A stretch of 64,000 nucleotides of DNA from the NCBI GenBank assembly GCA_964540625.1, contig CAZINO010000001.1, positions 3,448 to 67,447 of the forward strand. The letters run 5' to 3'. Of the stretch, positions 50,701 to 56,448 are shown piece by piece. Position 1 is the first letter of the stretch; the number at the start of each line of letters is the position of its first letter. Position numbers and translations under genes: made by a program. The notes under the pieces were generated by a model, which saw nothing but the letters and a program-made list of their open reading frames with translations, had not been told where the DNA came from and searched no databases. The DNA comes from an uncultured Lishizhenia sp. Lineage in GTDB: Bacteria > Bacteroidota > Bacteroidia > Flavobacteriales_D > Crocinitomicaceae.

Positions 50701-51338
50701 ATACCACCTAAAACGGCCAAGGCACCATCAGTAATCGTTATTGAACCACTCGTTGAAGCATCTAATGCCGCAATACTTCCGAAACCACCTAAGCCATTTG
50801 TGGAAATGTTCGGAGACACAGGTAAATAACCATCTTGTGCACCAGATCCTTTAATTGGTAGACCAAAACATCCACCAGGGTTGTTGGTTAACAAACCATT
50901 TGATTGCGTAAAAACTGATCCATCAGTATCTTGAGACTTCAATACGCCTACTTTGCCAGTTTGTGTCATTCCCATGGTAAACCAAGAATCTAAAGAAGAA
51001 TGCGTATTTGCATTATTTCCTGATGAAAGTGTTGGTGTTGTTTGTACTGAGTTCGAAGGGTGATTGTAAAAACCTGTGGTAGAGTTTACAGTAAGAGAAT
51101 TACCAGGTACTGCAAAGATTTGATTTAACTTCCAACCAGCATTCATGTCAACAAATACGCGATAGGTAACAGAAGAAGTGGTAAGTGGAACCGCCGCACC
51201 TGTCTCTTGGCCAGCTACGTCAGCAGAATTAGCTTGATAGTATTTTTCAACTACTATGCCTTGTAACCCAACTTGCGAAAACGCTGTGCCTGCAAGCAGA
51301 AAAAAGCATAAATTTGTAAGTAAACGAAGTGTTTTCAT
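47715..51338 (-). CDS. 1207-aa surface protein: VEKYY domain + 3 Ig-like repeats + cohesin-like module + dockerin-like loop + second cohesin-like module + T9SS type A sorting domain
   Basis: Signal peptide, then the N-terminal domain shared with ORFs at 55114, 59523 and 60614. Repeats PPT[IV]TL...A.A.D.DG.I..VEF[YF]..G. IGYDISLTYDASKLTPTG. DVNLDGVVSAGD. CTD VYPNPNNGTFSV...AGVYFVRV. Confidence 0.85.
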   Translation of the reverse strand: MKTLRLLTNLCFFLLAGTAFSQVGLQGIVVEKYYQANSADVAGQETGAAVPLTTSSVTYRVFVDMNAGWKLNQIFAVPGNSLTVNSTTGFYNHPSNSVQTTPTLSSGNNANTHSSLDSWFTMGMTQTGKVGVLKSQDTDGSVFTQSNGLLTNNPGGCFGLPIKGSGAQDGYLPVSPNISTNGLGGFGSIAALDASTSGSITITDGALAVLGGITGATSSNMVLIGQFTTTGQLSFALNVQIQNATSGAVENYYASNPPSGSTNFTHSTLTLVANTPPTITLASSPSTSGIITGTSMTFTATANDNGTITGVEFYDNGVLLTGTVTNTGSTYTYSYTASVNGAHAITAKATDNDCATTTSTAHNFTVAANQAPTVSSLTAPATAYLGSNVTFTCSANDVDGTVASVEFFVNSVSIGNGTLSGSTYSKTYAVPSNVNGTYSVQAKATDNLGLTGSFATTSMNVIANTPPTVTLTNPTASQLISAPTVITITATATDVDGISGVNFYVNGTLVGAGTNTSGNTWSYAWTSTPGVKTFTAIATDNFQATATSAAVTLDIADPNALPYKVKNVTQNCDQTVYLMPVAVSNTYTVDNVIGYDISLTYDASKLTPTGNVFVANTLYSNASHIETATAIGTPSGSNGTMQISLNFNGNAPANAEFNGTNADIFTVQFTKTSAFAGLDSATVAISSIQESYITGVLNKTANSGKAYSIKDQNYPATLLFWSDNQAIKYNASNPNAFLITNVNGAVTTTGTATSASTALTIPNTVTGVVAGMKVVADGVPSTATVASISGTTVTLSTATTAALSATPVTFISATAVQPNTTGVFTHVLTNGQKLNISRDISNNNSVQLLVNAADAVLGKTLLLNGSFTPNVYQIIALDVNLDGVVSAGDISQIKQRATLAIPEYRQAWNYSAAGVSNGHPSKDWIFVDKTTATSNAAYQISATFPANDNVGYSKAKVPVVPFSIAANVSNYATCPEIQTETYYGIMLGDVNASYATYTADGLLKSEGAVVLDLTAAQQEGNTFRIPVSFEATEQVNALDFAVKFNNANYSEVASLDQTAEATAFMNNADQTLRFSGFNVSNFATGANVAELIVTTENGQLSEKNFQTELAILNGKPVDMKFAKSSEAIQHVLNVQVYPNPNNGTFSVESVEGASVSVCDMNGRLIAEVGQIPASGKLAITLPNVNAGVYFVRVQNANFSTMKKVIID
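47964..48326 (-). other. Cohesin-like module 2 of the 1207-aa protein (aa about 1005-1125)
   Basis: TFRIPVSFEATEQVNALDFAVKFNNANYSEVAS...QTLRFSGFNVS...NVAELIVTT. By-eye similarity to cohesin strand order. Confidence 0.4.
48648..48707 (-). other. Single dockerin/EF-hand-like Ca-binding loop plus helix in the 1207-aa protein (aa 878-897)
   Basis: DVNLDGVVSAGDISQIKQRA fits D-x-N-x-D-G-x(5)-D followed by an amphipathic helix. Confidence 0.45.
49203..49661 (-). other. Cohesin-like module 1 of the 1207-aa protein (aa about 560-712)
   Basis: VYLMPVAVSNTYTVDNVIGYDISLTYDASKLTPTG...GTMQISLNF...DIFTVQFTKTS parallels VEIPVYF...IANCDFVFRYDPNVLEIIG...IIVFLF...VFAKIRATVKS of clostridial type I cohesins (recalled from memory). 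Confidence 0.45.
49674..50516 (-). repeat. Three tandem Ig-like (bacterial Ig, about 92 aa) protein repeats in the 1207-aa protein
   Basis: Each copy reads PPT[IV]xL...F[TS]A.A.D.[ND]G.I..VEF[YF].NG...G......Y.Y......G.[HY].[IV].A.ATDN. Confidence 0.6.
50523..51272 (-). other. VEKYY domain, copy 4 (1207-aa protein, aa 23-272)
   Basis: GLQGIVVEKYY..VTYRVFVDM..GFYNHP..LDSWFTMG..GVLKSQDTDGS..ITDGALAVLGG..VLIGQFTTTGQLSFALNVQIQ. Confidence 0.7.
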
Positions 51339-51353
51339 AATATTTTGTTTTTA

Positions 51354-51398
51354 AAAAGAAGCGCCCACCGAAAAAGATGAAAAGAACAGTGGGCGCTT
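51354..51398 (-). terminator. Hairpin between the 727-aa and 1207-aa genes (terminator or attenuator)
   Basis: 10-bp stem aagcgcccac (51359-51368) / gtgggcgctt (51389-51398) with a 20-nt loop, followed on the minus-strand RNA by CUUUUU. It lies only 20 nt upstream of ATG 51338. Confidence 0.55.
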
Positions 51399-51422
51399 TG
51401 CCTTTATATTTAGGACTTATTA

Positions 51423-53606
51423 TTAATTACAGCTTGTACCGAATGCAGGAGCAAAGATCAAGAAGTCTGCTGTGTTGGTAGTACCATCACCATTCAAGTC
51501 TGTAGGGCAAGCCTGAACACCAGTTGTTGAACCAAGTATTTGTGAGTAAGACCAATCAGACAACCAATTATCACCAGCTACTGAAGAAAACGCACCACGG
51601 TAATTAGCTGGCTCAAAGAAACCATCCATTGGCGCTTGTGAACAACCAGAGCCTAGCGTAAGTGCAGGATTTGGTACTACATCGTTCTTTTGAGTTACTG
51701 CATTGGTTCCACCATTGATTGTAAAATCATAATTGAAGCCAGGCAATGTGTTACCTGTTACAATTACATTTCCGTCTGCACCGAACTGGGTTGTTGAAGC
51801 AGCAGGCGTAACAACTGAAGTTGTTGCGGCAAGCGATGACGCGCCAATTACGAATGGATTCGCCATTCCAATAAAGTGATTACATTTTACAATTAAGCTA
51901 GGTGTAGGTGTAGAACCAATTCCTTCAAGGGCAGCCAATGATGAACCAGACTGCGGTATAGTAGACCAATACTGAAAAGAGTTACCTTGACCTGCTGCAC
52001 CACGGTTAGTTAAAGAATTCTCTAAATTCAAACCATTTTTAAAATTCGCAAAAACAGAATTTGCAATTGTACCTTGTGCAGCTTCTTTCATGTTAATGGC
52101 AGCCAAACCACGGTTATCAGCAGAACCTGTAGCTTTAGCATTCCCCATAATTGTCGCATTGTAAATTTTTGGGTTGGACTTTAATGCAGCATTCGAAGTG
52201 TTGTCATCAGAATCACACTCAAAGCCATTATCGTTATCGAAAGAAATAGCATTCGTTTCTGTAGAAGATCCTGCCTGCTGCGCTTTCATTCCAAATAGAA
52301 ACTGTGCACGTCCTGACCAACCTAGATCGTAGTCATACATATCATCGTTACCGAAAAGCGTCGTGCAGTATTTGAGGTCAACAGTACCACCAAAAAGCTC
52401 GATATTATCATCGGCACAAGAAACAATCTCGATGTGCTCAATTTTAGTACCACGACCTACAGATGCAAGCGTTAAACCGTTGATCTCAGAACCAACAAGA
52501 AGGTTTGCACCAGAGTGGCGAATCGAAACATAAGTCATGACACCTGAGTTATCATTATCATTAAATGTAGCTGTTGAAGTATAATATGCACCTACATAGG
52601 ATGCGACAGACCCACTAGTTCCTGATACAGGAGCAGAACCAGAATTAGGTGCTACGTAAGTGATAGAAGTGAAGTAACCTGTTTGGCCACCATTTGGATA
52701 TGTTCCGTCAAAGGTGATTTCTGCACCAGCAGCAATTGCACCTGTAAGAGCAGCGGACAAGGTTAATTGCTTTGCTGAAATACTCAAAATGGTGGTACCT
52801 GCAGGAATACCTGAACCGGACACAGCCTGACCTTGAACAACATAACCAGGAGCATTACTTGCCAATTCGATTTTTGTATTACCTATTCCATTGCATCCAG
52901 AGGCCGGAGTAGCAGATGTTGCCAATAGTCCAAATGTATATGCACCTGAAGGCGAGGTAGCTTGAACTGTTCCTGATGGAACATTAAGAGCCACACCAAA
53001 CTGATCTTGTGGATAAGAAGAAGCAAAGCCTTCTAATACACCTAATCCGTCTGCAATAGCCATTTTACCACCTTGTCCCGGAATGAATGGACCATTTGCA
53101 GCAAGTGTTAAATTGTTTGATGCTGTACCGCAAATCAAGATACCACCCCACTTACCTTTATTTGCAACTCCATAAGAACCATTCAATGGATCTGCTGCTG
53201 CTGTAAATACAATTGGGCAATCTTCAACCCCAGGAGCGATAATTTTACCACCTCTTTCAATGATCAAGGCGCGAGCTGCAGCAACATTTGTCCCTGCATC
53301 AGAGGCTTTAATTACTGTGCCAGGTTCAATCGTAATTGTGGCACCAGAACCGATATATAGCTTTTCATCAAGAGTCCAAATTGTACCACATGTTAAAGTT
53401 ACATTTCCAGAAGTCAATTCTTTACCGTAAGCAGCTGCGGGAAGATTGGTCCAAGATCCTACTGAAGTGATCGAAGCAGAAGGCCTTGAAGAAACCGTCG
53501 GACAGCCACAGGCGGCACCTAAGTTTTGTTGAGCAAACAAGGAGTTGCTCATTGTGGCTAATCCGAGCATGGAAAATAAGCCAACAAGTAAATTTCTTTT
53601 TTTCAT
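51423..53606 (-). CDS. 727-aa secreted beta-helix-like protein with a Cys-bracketed dockerin-like C-terminus and no T9SS CTD
   Basis: Signal peptide. Gly/Thr/Asn-rich repetitive beta pattern with HIEIVSCADDNIELFGGTVDLKYC...GNDDMYDYDLGWSG. Near the C-terminus ANYRGAF...NWLSDW. Terminal ACPTDLNGDGTTNTADFLIFAPAFGTSCN. Confidence 0.8.
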   Translation of the reverse strand: MKKRNLLVGLFSMLGLATMSNSLFAQQNLGAACGCPTVSSRPSASITSVGSWTNLPAAAYGKELTSGNVTLTCGTIWTLDEKLYIGSGATITIEPGTVIKASDAGTNVAAARALIIERGGKIIAPGVEDCPIVFTAAADPLNGSYGVANKGKWGGILICGTASNNLTLAANGPFIPGQGGKMAIADGLGVLEGFASSYPQDQFGVALNVPSGTVQATSPSGAYTFGLLATSATPASGCNGIGNTKIELASNAPGYVVQGQAVSGSGIPAGTTILSISAKQLTLSAALTGAIAAGAEITFDGTYPNGGQTGYFTSITYVAPNSGSAPVSGTSGSVASYVGAYYTSTATFNDNDNSGVMTYVSIRHSGANLLVGSEINGLTLASVGRGTKIEHIEIVSCADDNIELFGGTVDLKYCTTLFGNDDMYDYDLGWSGRAQFLFGMKAQQAGSSTETNAISFDNDNGFECDSDDNTSNAALKSNPKIYNATIMGNAKATGSADNRGLAAINMKEAAQGTIANSVFANFKNGLNLENSLTNRGAAGQGNSFQYWSTIPQSGSSLAALEGIGSTPTPSLIVKCNHFIGMANPFVIGASSLAATTSVVTPAASTTQFGADGNVIVTGNTLPGFNYDFTINGGTNAVTQKNDVVPNPALTLGSGCSQAPMDGFFEPANYRGAFSSVAGDNWLSDWSYSQILGSTTGVQACPTDLNGDGTTNTADFLIFAPAFGTSCN
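51426..51509 (-). other. C-terminal dockerin-like module C-x2-D-x-N-x-D-G-x5-D-F-L-x-F-x(6-7)-C (aa 700-727)
   Basis: CPTDLNGDGTTNTADFLIFAPAFGTSCN is a 12-residue EF-hand-type loop plus helix enclosed by two Cys. I recall the same layout in C-terminal 'GC-type dockerin' anchors of other phyla. Confidence 0.5.
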
Positions 53607-53642
53607 TTTTAAATGTTTTTAGTTGATGTAAAATTAGACCAC

Positions 53643-53669
53643 AAAAAAAAGTTGGCTGTGAAGCCAACT
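53643..53669 (-). terminator. Intrinsic terminator ending the six-gene operon
   Basis: 8-bp stem agttggct (53650-53657) / agccaact (53662-53669), 4-nt loop, followed on the minus-strand RNA by U8 (A-run 53643-53650). Confidence 0.8.
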
Positions 53670-53752
53670 TTATCTGTTTAAAAAGTTTGATGTCTATTTG
53701 AATTTGCTCAGGATTAAGCCAATGTTAGTATCAACAATTTGAGTCTTTAATT

Positions 53753-54409
53753 TTAAAAATTATAGAGCACGGCGGTCTGGAAAGCCAGTTGATATGGGCG
53801 TTGTGGCACATTACTTGCGCCTAGAGAGTTCAGAGAATAGCTTAACATTAAACTTGGCTTGATGCTCCATTTGAGCGTGACTGGTAGCTGGGCACCCAAA
53901 TGAACAGCCGCACTGAATTGCCAAGTTGTATTTGGTGTGTATGCCGTTGTCTGCACTTCATTCCAACCCTCTTGCAGAATATAAGACATCTGGCTACCGA
54001 TTAGTTTGGATGACAGCACAGAAAAACCTACGAATGGCTGCCAAGTTTCGGTTATTACATTGTATTCCATTCCTAAAGGTATACTCATATAATTCAAAAT
54101 ATGCTGATAAGTATTGATACCAGGCAGACTATTTGCTAGAAAATTATAACGGCAATTCTGAAAGCGTAAACCACCCACAAATGTCAATTCTCTGGTCAAA
54201 CGACGCGCATATGTCAGGCCAAGTTCTTGAGCCATACCGCCGGTTTGTAAACTATCCATGATGCGGTTGAAACCAGGATTTTCCGTAGATTTCTGGTAAC
54301 TCATGGCTGTATAACCCAATTGATAAAAAGCACCAATTTGATTTTTTTCTTGCACCTGTGCAAAAGCGATAGTGCCTAAGAAAACGAAGAATAAGAGTAG
54401 CTTTTTCAT
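53753..54409 (-). CDS. Small outer-membrane beta-barrel (porin-family-like) protein
   Basis: Signal peptide (IAFAQ), alternating beta-strand pattern, C-terminal aromatic residue (...AVLYNF). 218 aa. Confidence 0.6.
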   Translation of the reverse strand: MKKLLLFFVFLGTIAFAQVQEKNQIGAFYQLGYTAMSYQKSTENPGFNRIMDSLQTGGMAQELGLTYARRLTRELTFVGGLRFQNCRYNFLANSLPGINTYQHILNYMSIPLGMEYNVITETWQPFVGFSVLSSKLIGSQMSYILQEGWNEVQTTAYTPNTTWQFSAAVHLGAQLPVTLKWSIKPSLMLSYSLNSLGASNVPQRPYQLAFQTAVLYNF

Positions 54410-54412
54410 GAT

Positions 54413-55117
54413 TTAATTTTTGACGCAACGGATACTCATGCCATAACGCTGATCTGCAAATTGTCTGAAAATTTGAGTGCGTTGGTGGCTGATTGAACGA
54501 TAAATAGCTTTGTTTGGCTGCTGAGTCGCCGTCCAAAAATAAGCTTCTAAACCATTTGCTGAAATTTGGCCATTGTATAAAACAACACCACCCGGATTGA
54601 TATTCAAAGCGTATTTGTTATTTCCAAAATGAATGCTGGCTGTTGGCCAGTTGTTCGAATTCTGGGGTAGAATTCCATTAACCTCATCTTGCCCGCGCCA
54701 AGCCATTAAGTCTGTTTCAGCACTATCCATACCGATAGAACGCTCTAGTTTTTTCCAATCTTCGTCGGTTGCAATATGCCAACCTTCGGGGGCTAACCCT
54801 CTGGGGTCAAGTACGGTTGCATAATTATAAAGTTGACCATAAAGGCTATCTGCAATAGTTTTGTACCCTGGACCTGCTTGCCAACCAGTTGTATCATTTG
54901 TTGCAAAAAAAGGGATTAAAGTACCATCGTTAAAACGCGTTGTTTTGAGATTCTCGCACATCCACCATTGGTCATTTATTTTAACCGTTTGATAGGAATT
55001 ACCATCAATATCCGTAACTGTACCATATTCCAATACGATTTCTTTGGGTGTATCTTTGTTGCACGAGACCAAGCCAACAAGACCTAAAAAAATAAGTACG
55101 ACGATTGAATTTTTCAT
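54413..55117 (-). CDS. Lipoprotein with Fibrobacter succinogenes major paralogous domain (TIGR02145-like)
   Basis: Lipobox LVSC. DIDGNSYQTVKINDQWWMCENLKTTRFNDG...YGQLYNYATV...APEGWHIATDEDWKKLE...FWTAT...SIRCVKN. Confidence 0.8.
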   Translation of the reverse strand: MKNSIVVLIFLGLVGLVSCNKDTPKEIVLEYGTVTDIDGNSYQTVKINDQWWMCENLKTTRFNDGTLIPFFATNDTTGWQAGPGYKTIADSLYGQLYNYATVLDPRGLAPEGWHIATDEDWKKLERSIGMDSAETDLMAWRGQDEVNGILPQNSNNWPTASIHFGNNKYALNINPGGVVLYNGQISANGLEAYFWTATQQPNKAIYRSISHQRTQIFRQFADQRYGMSIRCVKN

Positions 55118-56448
55118 TTTGTCTTGATAAGAATTTCTGATTTTGTGAGCTCACCAACTGTAAAGTCAAGGAAATACACGCCTGCTTCTTGTTCAGCCAG
55201 GCCCATATTTATCTCTAAATTATTTTCTGTAGCCATACTTGTGTCTGTTGCCAAAACAACACCGAAAGCATTATATAATTTCCAAGAAATTTGTTGTCCT
55301 TCAAAATTACCGTTGGCTACAAGTTGTGTCTCGCCGTCAGTAGGATTCGGCACCATCTTGATTTCAAAGTTACTCTGCCATAATTCTGGGCAAACTACAG
55401 CAATATCTCTTCCACCGCAAGCCCCAGGGTAACAACAAAGCCCCGGAACATTGATGTTTACAGATGGGTCATAGTTACAAGCATTGGTGTCCATACAACC
55501 CATTACAACCGGTGTGATACATGCGCCATCAAGTAGACAGGCAAATGCTGGGCTAAATTCTAGATAATTTGGATCGGTACACCCACACTGAAATGGATAG
55601 CTTAAAAATGGGCTGAATACTTCGTTTGCAGCAAGTAAGGTATCTTTAGCTACATACTTCAAAGTACTTGGCGTCCCATTTGTATTTACTTCTACTTCGA
55701 TATTTAATTCAAAAGATAGTTCTCCTGCTGTTGTGAGTTGAGCAATAAGAACCTGATTCTCTTGTGGATCAACACCTGTTACACCACTATTTTGCATTAA
55801 AAACTCCTCGGAGTTGAATGAAGTTCCGCTGGTTACTGATCCGAAAATTGTATTGTCTTGACCTGTGGCAATGTCTACTAGACCAACTGTAAGCCAATTA
55901 CTTGGTACATTTACCATTGTATCCATTCCATCGGCAGTCGGTAATGAAATCCCTAATTGCGTGTCTGAATTATTAAGTAGCCCTGAAGCAATACCCGCGC
56001 TCCCACCATCGTTATTTGTACCGCCGATAAAAGAACCATCGGTATCAGCAACTTTAGGAATCCCAAAATATGTTTTTCCAGCTTGCGTTTTTGTAGTTTG
56101 GCCGAGAGTCATCCAGGTATCCAAAGCTACCAAGCCTTCACTGTAACGGTTTTTTAAAAACTCTTTGGCATATGTTTGTCCATCAGTTGCATGATTATAA
56201 AAAGGTGCGGTGCTTTCGAATACAACTGGATGTCCAGTACTGCCATAGACAGATTTCAAACGCGTGTTCGGCAATAAATCAATGTAGATCCTGTAAGTAG
56301 TGGTTCCAGCTTGAATTGTTCCTCCAGTAACATCTGTGGCGTCATTAGCATCTGTTATATAATATTTTTCAACGATAACCTTTTCCAATTGCGCCTTTAA
56401 AAGTGAAAAGCTACAAATGGCAATCAATGTGTAAAGTATTTTATTCAT
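55114..56448 (-). CDS. 444-aa secreted protein: VEKYY domain + Cys-rich linker + T9SS type A sorting domain
   Basis: LEKVIVEKYY..TTYRIYIDL..PFYNHA..LDTWMTLG..ADTDGS..VLIAQLTTAGELSFELNIEV. 10 Cys in aa 288-353. CTD MVPNPTDGETQL...AGVYFLDF. Confidence 0.8.
   Translation of the reverse strand: MNKILYTLIAICSFSLLKAQLEKVIVEKYYITDANDATDVTGGTIQAGTTTYRIYIDLLPNTRLKSVYGSTGHPVVFESTAPFYNHATDGQTYAKEFLKNRYSEGLVALDTWMTLGQTTKTQAGKTYFGIPKVADTDGSFIGGTNNDGGSAGIASGLLNNSDTQLGISLPTADGMDTMVNVPSNWLTVGLVDIATGQDNTIFGSVTSGTSFNSEEFLMQNSGVTGVDPQENQVLIAQLTTAGELSFELNIEVEVNTNGTPSTLKYVAKDTLLAANEVFSPFLSYPFQCGCTDPNYLEFSPAFACLLDGACITPVVMGCMDTNACNYDPSVNINVPGLCCYPGACGGRDIAVVCPELWQSNFEIKMVPNPTDGETQLVANGNFEGQQISWKLYNAFGVVLATDTSMATENNLEINMGLAEQEAGVYFLDFTVGELTKSEILIKTK
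55390..55587 (-). other. Cys-rich linker with two copies of a GC[TM]D-x(2-3)-[AY]-x-NY/-like motif
   Basis: QCGCTDPNYLEFSPAFACLLDGACITPVVMGCMDTNACNYDPSVNINVPGLCCYPGACGGRDIAVVC. Confidence 0.5.
55594..56388 (-). other. VEKYY domain, copy 3 (444-aa protein, aa 21-285)
   Basis: See the alignment blocks listed in findings. Confidence 0.7.
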
